Positions 11,801-23,800 of a stretch of 64,000 nucleotides of DNA are shown piece by piece; positions within the stretch are counted from its first letter, which is position 1; the number at the start of each line of letters is the position of its first letter. Below the pieces are notes generated by a model. That model saw only the letters and a program-made list of their open reading frames with translations, did no database searches and had not been told where the DNA came from. A program made the position numbers and the translations under genes. The DNA comes from Nageia nagi (lineage: Eukaryota > Plantae > Pinophyta): the NCBI GenBank assembly GCA_050084985.1, contig JBITNC010000001.1, forward strand, positions 150,660,001 through 150,724,000. Direction: 5' to 3'.

Positions 11801-14800
11801 ATTGGTCAAAAATAAAAAATTTTGATCATAGGAGCATAGGAAATCCACTTTTGCACAAGTATGATGTTATAAGTTTTTTGAAAAAAGTGGATCTACTCCC
11901 TCAAAATCATGAAAAATGGATCTACCAATGGGAGAGCTTGAAATTGTTTTTCCAAATTTTTCAAAATTGCCAAAATCAAAATTGAAGAGAAAGGTAGGGT
12001 GGCAAATCCAAAGATAAGCAACTTTGCTCGCGAAAATACCTTAAGCAACTTGAGCTTGTTTATCCATTTGTGGTGTTGGGAATTGATTCTTAAGGATTAT
12101 CATTATTTATTTGACATTTTCGCGTCCTCCTTTTGAAAATTCGCGAGTTTTAGGGAAAGTATCATTGCTTTATTTTTCTAAAGTGTTGGAAACCAGTCTT
12201 TGATAGTCACTTGGTTCATAGCATGCATGTAGATGAGGTATTCTGAATCTGTTTCTTGTTTTATGACATCAAACTAGAGGTTTACATCCAAACTCTTGTT
12301 CTTCCCACGTTCTTCCATCACGTCCATTTGATTGCATTGGTTCTGCTTGCAAAATACCGACAATCAACATAGCTTCCCGCTCCTTTTTGGAACAACTCGA
12401 ACGTAGTTGTTTGTTCGCAAAGTTGGATGAATTGGATGAAATCCCTTAGCTGATCCGAAAAGGATGAACTTTTTAGACAATGCTTTATCGTGGTGACCAG
12501 TTTGGTATCTAACCAAGTATTCGTTTCCGTTTCACGAGTGTAGTCTCTCACTTTCTAGTATTACCTTTATGCTTTCTTTACACTTTATTTATGCTTTCAA
12601 ACCTAAATACAATCATTAAGTCCACACACAAATATTATGAATAAACTCTATACATCAAATCAAAAATGTTGGTTAACAGACTGCTACCTCTCATTTCATT
12701 CATTTTTCCATTGAGGCTGATTTCAAAGAGGGATACCACACAAATATTATCTATCCCTATCCAGAGACACTTGCACAAGTGTTGGATTTTGCTTGGCAAG
12801 CATATCGACAACGTCAGAGCGTTGAGTAGGTGTTTCAACAAGAGCCTTGGAGGTATAAAGTCCTTTTCAAACGAAGAATTGATAACTCTTTCTCGACTAT
12901 GTTGCTGGGGAGTTCCTAAGTCCTACACGTGATTTTCAGAGAGTCACTATGGGAAAGAAAAACATCCCATCAGGACTACTTTGAAGGAGTGAAACTTTAC
13001 TATGATACATCTAAAGGGACAAAGTTTAGCATAATATTGATTTCATATGGACTATTTTGCATGACAATAAGGGCTGCACTTTATAAATTGGCTATAGCAA
13101 GTTATTGTAAGAAGAATAGGACTGTAATTTGGGGCAGAAGCATAGGCCAAAAACTAATCTTTGGAGATATGCTTTGAAAACCCACAACTTTGATTTTGGG
13201 ACATTTATGGAGACTCTTACTTGGGCTAATTACACACTTCCCTTGAGACTGTTAGTACATTGGTTAGTGAGATTGCCCTGGCTAAGCATGCACTACGATT
13301 TGTTGATGACGGTAACAAGAAATCAGTTGGTAAAGTCTATGAGACACTTTCGGTCCTTGATATGACTGTTAGTGAACATCTTGGTTATAGAACATGGGGT
13401 AAGGAAGTTTGTATCAAGCATAAGTTGAGAAAGATTGTTGATAAGTTTGTTGCCCACCTACTAGAGTTTGTTGGCTCGTATCTCAACTTACTTTTCATTG
13501 ATTTATTCATTGTTACTAATAATTTGCTTCAATTGTGCTATGAGGCAGCTATAGGGATTGATGGGGGATTGAGTATAGATGCTGTTAGACAATTTGGACA
13601 GTTATCACTCGCTATTTTTTGGGAAAAACCAGACCTGTTATGCATTACATCAAATCTGTCTTCTCTAAGTTTGAAGGCATTTTGGGGAATGTCCTTGGCA
13701 CAACATATATACTTCATGAGATTTTTGGGTACACTTGAGTCGCACCATGAGTTTGGAACCATTTTGATGACACTCTCTGCATTCATATCCATTCTCGATA
13801 TCATGGATACTTGGGAAAAGAAAGCACTACCTTGGCATGATGGATTTTCAATCATAGTAGCACAACAGCAGCATGGTGGGCATTCTTTGAGATCCATTTG
13901 AATCATTACAGTTGGATTCAGCTTGGTGACATCGAGACGTGTGTTGCCGTTGCTTGAGGACAAGCAATGTAAGGAGGGCGGACTTGTAATGTCCCCAATT
14001 TGAGAAACCTTAAAGAAGGCATAACTTTCGTCACAAGTGTTGGATCATCGATTTGTCTTTTGGAACGGATGGAGAATCTTTTGCCAATCGTTTTGACAGG
14101 TCACATGACATGTTTCTGTCAAGAAACAAGGGGGATATGGACTTTTAAAGTTTGGCCAGGAAACCAGGATTCTAATATCGCGGCTAGGAAAAAGTCAACT
14201 AGGGGAAAGTTATTTTATTCCAAGTCAGACAGGAGTTTAAATATTTGTAATTTCAAGGTAAAGGCACCTATAAAGGAGGAAAGATTCATGTAATGATCCA
14301 AATACAATCTCAAGTGCAAATTAGCTAATTCAATCAAACAACCCCTAATGTTTGGTCTAGGGCATCCAAAAATTGCATAAACAACACCATAATGTCAACG
14401 TCTGGCCCAGACTAGCAGATAGCAATAAACAAAAATGGAAAATGCCAACGTATGGCTCATACAATCGCATACACGCAACGATAACTCAACGTTGCAAACA
14501 TGAGCAAGTACACAATGTGAAATGGAGATCGAATGGCCCAATGGCTATATAATGATATGAGATGAATAAAAATACAATACCAAGCTCCTAGAGCTGCATG
14601 TTTGACTCCAAGGAGCCAACTAAGGCACAAAAATGTTCTCAAGCTGGACGGACGGATGGGACAATGCTGCTCCCTCAAAACCCGAATCCTCTCCATCAAA
14701 GGAGCCTTCCTCTGATCCTAGAAACCATTGAAGGTAGAAGTGCAACCTCAGAATACCACCAGATGGGCAAGGGTGCTACACCAGTGCCGTAGACTAATAG

Positions 14801-17800
14801 GATCCGTCAACCTGATAACCCTCCCAGATGTTGCACCTAGGGGTTTGCTTAGCACCGTTAAGTCTCCTTGTCCTCTGGATGGTATGAGTGTAATAATAAT
14901 TAAGCATCTCCGGCTATGAGGTTCCATTGTCCTTTTATAATACTTAAGCTGGATCTGGATCTCACCTAGGAATCATTCCCAGCTCCTCTAATCCAACGTT
15001 AGCCTCTTGGAGGGCCCAAAATGCCCAACGTGGGTGCTTGGGGGTCAAGCTTGCCAACGTGGGGATCTGGAGTGCCACTCATGCCTAATGTGGGTCTAGG
15101 ATGCATGCGTGGGGGTTGGGTGTCATTATGGGCCAACATGGGGGTCTAGGAGTCTCCCCAAGGCTAGCGGATGTACATAAGTGCTCCTCCAATCTCCTAA
15201 GTGCTAGACAAACCTTGGGATTCCCACAATCATGATCGGGATCTCCAAGTATAATAAAATGCCTAATCTATGCTTGGGAGGGAGATGTCCTACTTGGGGC
15301 TCACAGTGGGGTTCATTGACCCATTAAGTCTTCTATCCCAAGCCATAACTAAAAGTACAATGCAATAATAAAATATATTACAAAAGGGGAATCCGTTGGA
15401 TTCCATAATTAATTACATGGATGCAATGGGGACGTCACAATTCAGCACTTAAGGATCATCATAATTTGGCTTTTGATCTTTGATCTCTTGGAGTTGGGGC
15501 TGCTCCCCTCTCTTCCTTCTATGTTCTAGGGCTGCTCCCTAGCCTAGAAGTGGCATATTCGCTATTGTCTACTCTTGAGAAGCTTGTGCCATACTTGGGA
15601 ACCACTCTTGCACTTGCACCAACCCTTGGGAGCCTAGTGATAGCTCTCCTTGGGTCTAGGAGTCTTGCGCCAGCCTTTGGGAGTCTTATTGTGCATTTTT
15701 GGGAGTCTTGGGCAATGTCCTAGAATTTGTTACAGGCTTATTACAGACCTGCACTTATTCTTGGTTAGTATTTATGATATTTGGCTGTCATATTAATCAT
15801 CGTGTATGGACGAATGCTCTTTCATTACTGTTGTACTGTTATCAATGTTCATGAATGGAAATGTATGAGAATTGAGGTACTTTGATAGCGTAATACTGTT
15901 ACATAACAGAGCTGTGTTTATGCCCTAGTTTGGATGGTTTGGCATGCTATAAAAGCACTATTACTGTTATATATCAGATCTGGTTACTGTTATGATAATT
16001 CAGTCTTGGAAGCATAAGTAAGTGGATAAAAGCATTTACAGTTTGGCCCTAGTTGATTAATGAATGTGGGATCGGATTAAGTTATTTGTGCATCTTTAAC
16101 TTGAGCCCTAGAAAGGTACATTACACATTTCTGCATTGAATCTTGACACAAAACCTGCCAGTAACCTCATAGTCCTATTAGAGGTCAAGGTGGTTCCATG
16201 AACATAGCAATTACCTCCCATACTCTAATGTGACTTGATTGATCACACTTTATTGAAACTATCTAATTAATTTTTCTGTTCACAATATCTTATTCACATG
16301 AAAGTATTGGTTGTCTTTGAGATATCTCTTTTCAAAAATAAAAAGATTGATTAGTATTTAACAAGAAATTTTCATATGCCTCTTTTCAATTTATTTAGTA
16401 ATTTCTTGTTCTAGTTTCATTTAAACTTAAAGTCTTGAGTATCATTAAAACTCTAGTCATTGCATATTTGCTACTTCGTAAAACAATTTTCTTAAAGCTA
16501 ATTATTTTCTTGTTCGTTTCAGGATGATGTGCTGGAAAGGCTAACTAGTGCAATAAATTCTCATCAGAGAGAGATTGTTATCCTCACTTTAGGAGCAGGT
16601 ATTCATAATCTTGCTGTTATAATCCCTTTCTTTTCCTTATACTATTTTCATTTTTTTATTGCTGTTCCCTTCTAGCTGTTACTGATGAGAACGAAATTCT
16701 TCACTGTCGAAATTCCAGAATCATTTATTTGGTGTGTGCTTTTAATATAAATGGTCAGAGGCATCATAGATTAGTTCGTGAGAGTATATTTGGACATGAT
16801 GTAAATATGATCCCATAGCTTGATTGTATGAAAGAGATCCCACTTTTCTCTTATTTTCACACATTACGTTCAACTTCATGTCTTTCTTCTTTCTAAAAAC
16901 AAATATCATCAGTGTATCAGATTTCAATTTAGAACAGAATTTCATGTAAATAGTTAAAAGTATATGATATTGATATGGATATTGTAGAGTTTCAGGATGC
17001 TTTAGATATAGATGTGCTTAGATAGAACATTGAATAGTAAACAATATAGAACTTACAAAACTTTACAAGTCTAAGTTTCATTGATTGATATGACTAATAC
17101 TATATTTTACATATATATATATATCAAGGTTTCAACGTGTGTCGGAGACGGGGGAGTGGCGGGAACGGCTGAGGTTATTTTTAGGGAGCACCCCAGAAAC
17201 AGCAGCGGGTGCGGCTAGTGTAATACTTGTAAAATATCCCGGAATTTTTAGATTTTTTAAATGTGATTGTTTCTAATTCATTATTATTAGTAAAATTGTA
17301 CCTTGGCTCCTCCTTCTCACTCACTGCTGTTTTCTACACTTACAGCTGTATTTTCTCCTCCTCATTGTTGTTCTTTGCTCCTTAAGGCTGCACACAAATG
17401 AAATGAGTATGTTTTGCAATTATGAGGCTTTATGTTTGTGGTTTTAGGGTTTAGAGGGGTGGGGGCATGCGTGGGACCCACCCCATGCCTTTTTTTCAAA
17501 ATTTAAGAGAGTTTTTTTTTGCTGGCCTCCAGCAACCCATCCCCATGGGGAGCGGTGGGGAGTGGCTAGCTGCTCCCCAGATGTTCCCTTTTCCCGAGAT
17601 GTATCGGGAACGTCCGAGGAGGGAGGGGAGATGTTTTGAAGATGTCTCCCAGCCGCTCCCCAAATCAAGAATGGTTGGGAGACATTCTCGAGTGCCTTCC
17701 TCCGTTCTCGAACCCTGGAAACATCCGAAATGGTTGTGGGAGCGGCTGGGAGACATCTCAAGTGCGTTCCCTCCTTTCCGAACACCGGAAACATCCGGAA

Positions 17801-20800
17801 CGGCTATTTAGGAAGGGGGAACGCGTTCCTGCATATCCTTGATGTATATATATATATATGTTTTTTTTTTTTTTTTCTAGTTTTTCCTATATATATTTCT
17901 CTATTTTTCGATTTCTAGTTTTTCCTATTTAGAAGTTATTTCCTTGAAATTTATGTTTTCTATTTTCTAATTTTTTTATTTCTTGTGGATACTGCTGTAG
18001 GTATTTTCAGGCTGTATTCAGGTGTCCCTATATGACCTAAATGTTTAGTTTTTCTTGGCCATATTGGATCCGTATTTATATCTAATACATCATCTTTTAA
18101 GGGATTGCTGTAACTGGCAATTTGGTTTAGGAACCTAATCACCAGCTGTGTTATGTTTATCTTGAATAGAAGGGAAAAAATGTTTGGAGGTTTCATTTTT
18201 TTGAAAGATTTGGGTCATATGGAATACACACACACACCCAACAACTTCCAAATTTACACTCTAAATGTTTCAAACATTTCAAATAGTCAAAAAATTGAAG
18301 TTAATAATTTAATGATTTACAACTCTAGACTATTGTATGCCCTACACAAATCCTGGCTTGATTGTCATCAATAATTCTTCAAAGTATGGTTCTTCAAGTC
18401 AAAGTTTCATACTTGTTTGCAAGGAAGTGTGTAAACAATTACAAATCACTATGCTTAAAGAAAAGATCTGCTAGTTTCCTATTTCTTTTAGTTCTATGAA
18501 TCAACTCACATGCTCTCATTTTTCTTCAACAATGGATGGTGATGAACTTTCAAAACCAATGAACATCACACATCTAAAAAGCTACTATTCTTGAAATTCA
18601 CCTATTTATTGCAACTGCATTTTTTGCATTTTCATACTAGCATAGACTGCATTTTCATGACTCTCTGCACCCCATGAAGCCGGTTTCCCAAAAACCCATG
18701 TTTTGGGACCAGGCATCCCAAAATACCTCTGGGTGTCAGCATCCTCGAATGCTAATGTTTTGGGCTTAGGCATTGAATACTGTAATATCTTTCACAAAAA
18801 CTAGAAAGAGTTAAATGTATGTCTGAAATCTGTATGTTTTGTGCAATATCAGTGTCTAAATTATCAAGTTTTGAAATATCTTGCCGCAATATTATTTTTT
18901 GAATTTTCTTTTTTTTTTTTCATTTATTATTCATCAAATTATCATTTTTGCATTATCAACTTTCAAAACATCAATTCCTAGAATTATAATTTTTGAATCA
19001 ATTTTTGCAGTATCAATTTTTTGAAATTATCATGTTTTGCAATATCAAAGTTTCAAATGTCGTTTTTTGAATTAGCATACTTTGAGAGTCTGAATTATCA
19101 TTTGCTAGATCATCAAACATTGAATTATCTGATAGCTCATTGTAGAATGATCAGATTTTATATTTCATGTTTTATTTATTTATTGCATGTTGTATCATTA
19201 CTAACAAAAAAGGGGTGCTTAATGATTATCATGACTTATCAAGTTCCTTGTTGACCATCCGGGATAGGCGATCATGCTCTTCAAGTAATTTTTGTTTTGC
19301 AAGTTTCAAACATTTTTCTTTGAGCTCCATATTTCAACATATGCCTTCACATGTAGCCAAAAGGAGCAATCAACACTATTTCCTTCAATTTGTAAGAATG
19401 TTCTCATCCAAGCTCTCCCTTGCCCTTTTCATCCTTTGCGGCAATGATAGGTCTCCAACTATATCGTAATAGGTTTGATCATTTCATGTTTTTCAAAAGT
19501 TTCTTTTCTATCTTACATAATGTGTTTCACAACATCCTTTTAAGGGAAAGAGCACGAGACTCCAAATTTTATATCCTTTAGCATTTTGCGAATGTGATCT
19601 TAAGTTCTCTACATCAAACATGTCTCCAAAAGGAGGAAACTATAAACACTTAAAATCACATTTTGATTATCTAAATGACTTTAGTGTTTTACTTTATCTA
19701 TGCAAAATGTCAATTTAAATCAACTTTGGGTAAGTCAAGGTTAATTTAGGTGAATTTCTTTAAATTTGCGTTATCTTCTATGTACATTGTTCTAAGGGGG
19801 TCTAACTAGGTGAATTGAAAATCCTATTTGTGAATCCTTTATAGAGCATTTCCAAGTTCTTATTTTAGATATGGACAAATTACAATTTATCAGCAAGAAA
19901 AAGTGTAATACCATCTTCTATCATTACAGTTGAATTGTAGAAATAGCCTAAGAGACAAACCATGCTTCTCAAAAGAAATGCAACGTGAAACATGTGCCCA
20001 AGGTAGAATGCCCAATATTTTGGTATTTCAAGCCTAAATGCCCAATATTCTATTACCACAAAATGCAGATGCTTTGGTATCGAGCCCCAACAACCCTCTT
20101 GGTTGAATCAAGTTGTTCCGAAATGTCTACACATATGTTCTAGCATCATCCTTATGTAGTATTGTCATTTTAAGAACTACCATCTCAAAATTATCATTAG
20201 GATTATCATATCCATAATTTTCCATATCTATCATTTGGTTGTAGTCAAGGTTTGATCTCCAAGAGCACAAGTTGTACATCAAAAAGTTTCCAATCTTCCA
20301 ACCTCTAGATAAGTCTCCTTTGCATCTCCTCTTGTGAATTTTTATAATTGTAATTGCTAAATCCTATACTACATTTGGCTATTAATCTATTCTCATTCGG
20401 TATACATTATAAATATAGTCTATAAATAATGATTTGCAATAAAGAAGCACAGTAAATATAGAGCTACTAAGGTGCAAAACATTTATTAAAGCTACCTAAA
20501 CAATACCAAGAAAGTGTTCACCTGATAGAGAAGTAAAGCAATCCTCAATACGTGACTCAGTGTACGGAGGATTGGATCAAGTATGAGATGAAGCTGTATG
20601 GATATTCAATGACCTGGATCTATGCTTGATGTCCTTCAAATCTGCAACCATGGATCTCAAAGTAGAATAGCCCACTCGTCGTAACAATAGTCCTCCAACA
20701 CCATGCACACCTTGAGTTTAGCAGTATTAGTAACAATGAGGATAATAGCATGTAAGTTGTAACATAAAATTCAGAGCATAATAGATTCTTAAATAGGGTG

Positions 20801-23800
20801 GCATCAAGAGACACCGTTAGTGTAGTATGGTGTATGGACAACCACCTTTCAAAGAGATCTGATAGGGAATGTCAACCCGAACTTCTCCATTTATACCGAC
20901 AAGGATAGAGGGGAGTGAAGGCCGACATATAGCAGTAGAATATAATCTTTGTAATATCAAGATATTTCTAGATATAATCATTATTAATGATAATGCATTG
21001 AACTTAGCATATGATTTAACACTTTGATAGGACATTAGCGTTTATTCTTGTAATATTGCTATTTATTGTTTTGAGATATCTAAATATGATTTATAATTAA
21101 TAATAAATCATTTTTAGGCATCTACATTTTGCCCCTGTTTGGATATGGAATGAAAATCATTTGAAATTGCCTAATCCAAAGAAGCATAGAAAAGTATAAA
21201 AAAATTTCAACAGTAAAGAGTACTTCCCTGAAATATTTATATGCTTGAGTATGATATTTTGTTGCCCCCTTTTGCTCTTGGTTGCCCCAAGGAATTTTCC
21301 ATTGGAGAACCATGCCAAAATTGCATTTTTCGGTAGGAGGATTGAGGATACCTTTGGCTTTACTCTCCAAACTTGGTGAAGATGATTTGTGGAATAGGAC
21401 AAATAATACTGGCATAGATTACATCTTTTAAAAGAGTAAACATGTAGCAACAAAGATGAAATTAATATAATATATTGAATTGAACCATTACCATTTGTGG
21501 TTGATTGTTTATTTGGAATTTGCTTCAAAGCAAATGGGATCGAGAGCGCCCCAAAGCGCTGAAATTGAAATTTGGACCATAAAATTGCCTATGACCTGCA
21601 AAATTGTATTTGACATTTGTGCTCATGGGAGTGCCATGGGTTTTGAAACTATTGTAAGTAGAGAATGTATTTGTATGTATAAGATATTCGCATTTGAATT
21701 CAATACGAAACATTATTTGATACCAGATTTTTGATATACAAAATGGCCTTGACTTGGAAGTACTTGTTTTTCAATGTATTATTTAGTTTGAACGATGTGC
21801 ATGCCGCATTTGCAAAATTTGCACAGCACAAATGCCTTGATTTTCTTAGGATTTTCAAACTTGATCTTCTAAGAAATTGTTAGCAAAAACATTTTGGACA
21901 AGCATTTGTGCATAGATATATATTTAACATTCATTGTTTCATAAAATATTTGAAGAATAATATTGCTTGAATTACATATAAAATTATATTGGAAGGACAA
22001 CGTGGTCACCCTTTATCATTAATGAGGTACGATGTGGATGTCGTTAATGTAGTAGAATTTATTTTTGAAAAAGTGACCATCCTTGTGTAATATAATTTTG
22101 AGCAGCAATAGGCAATAAAATGATGAGTTGCATGCATAGAACTGAAACATTATGAAAAGAGTGTGTACCCTAGGAAGTTAGGGTTTTGAAAATTTTATAA
22201 AAAGGAAAAGTGAACACAAAAGGGTTATTTGAGTTATTTGTCTTTTTTGCTTACCCTCATACCTACCTGGTAGCGAATTTGTTGAGTGGGCCTTCCTGAG
22301 ATGACTTGGCATGATTGGGGCTGATTTCCTTTGCAAAGTTGCGACTTGTGATCATTTTGAACCACTTGAATCATGATTTGGGGCCATAATGGTGGTGGGA
22401 AGGAAAACTTTCCTCTTACTTGGCGATCACCCATACGATCAAAATGGGAAAGCGACCCATCATGTAGGTGAGAACACGTTACTGAACTCCTCTTATAAAA
22501 ATTGATATCCCAAGGTTTCTATCGAAAAGCTCGTGTCGTTAATACGAGCTTTGAATGGTGTAGGTCTTGTTTGGGAATCAGCTGAATGGTGTAAGAGAGG
22601 TAATAAATGTTAACTCACATTTTTTGTAGGGACTGAGGTATTTTATCTTAAAATAGTTAGAAAGTTGCCAAATGTTTTTAAAGAAAGTGAAAAATAAAGA
22701 AAAGAAAAAGGGGTGAGAATGTTTCGAATACTGGTGAGATGACAAAGAAAAGGTCATAATGAAGCAGTGTTAAGGTTTCTTGTTTAGGATCAGTCAAGAA
22801 GTTTCATTCAAAGTCCTCCAACTTAAAAATAGAATAACCTACGTTTAATCTATTCTTAAGAGGAGCGGGGAGGAGAGCTGACCATCGATACTTTGCAAGA
22901 GGACCAACACAGTCAAAAGAAAGACACGACACAACAAGCACGCACAGACTTAGTTTTGAATGAAGAAATCTAATTTGATGTCATAGAAACAAGAAAAGCC
23001 GAGAATACGTTCACTTACTATGCAACTTATGGAAAGACAACAATTTGGGAGTGGTTCAAAAACTTTTAAAAATTTTCAGAAATTTTTCCTAAAATTCGAG
23101 AATTTTCAAGGAAATGCATGAAAGATCGTAAATCATCTCAGAAAGCTCCAAAATGGTCAAATCCACAATCCCACAAATGACAAATCTCTTTGTTTCAAGT
23201 TTTCCACCACTTTGTATTAAATTTGTGAGAAAATTACAAGGATTCATTAATTTGCCAATTTTCCACAAATTAGCACTAAAAAAATATTTGTGTACTAAAA
23301 CCATTCTGCCTCAAAAGTGACCCCCTATGGTTTATTTATAGACTTTTTAGGTCAAATTTGAGGGTGTTGCCCTAATTTCGAAAAAGCTTCAAAATTGCTC
23401 ATTTGAATGCTAAATTGAAATTACAATATCGTTTTAGTGGGAGAACAGTCTCATCCCACTAAAATATGCTAAAAATAAAATATTTACAAAAATTGATGCC
23501 CTCTAGTACTTATTTTGAGGCATTTTGCATCAATTTGTCAAAAAATAGAGCTTCAAATCCTCATTTTGGATCCTTCTTGTAGTCTTTTGAGCTTTTTCTT
23601 TTTTGAATTTGGATTTTCTTGTGATTTGATGATTGTGGCAAATTTTTAGAGAATTCTAAGAGAATTTTTCGAAAAAGTGGATTTTTTAGTCTATTTTTCG
23701 AAAAAGATGGGGGGTCCGAAATTTGAAAATTTTTCAAAAAGTGGATTTGAGCTTATGGATGGATGGAGGATAGGATTACAAGGTATTTGGCAAGTTTTGA

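Noticed and set aside
5351-16125. A single 10.8-kb element with long terminal inverted repeats (Mutator/DIRS-like)
   Set aside because: The right arm is part of an LTR preceded by a PPT, the arms are diverged, and I found no TSD. Two independent LTR copies explain it better.
17444-17918. Overlapping ORFs in a GC-rich patch
   Set aside because: By-product of high GC in a non-autonomous transposon; no recognisable protein.
18680-20130. Possible DNA transposon remnant with minus-strand coding traces
   Set aside because: No clear TIR, TSD or diagnostic motif could be established.
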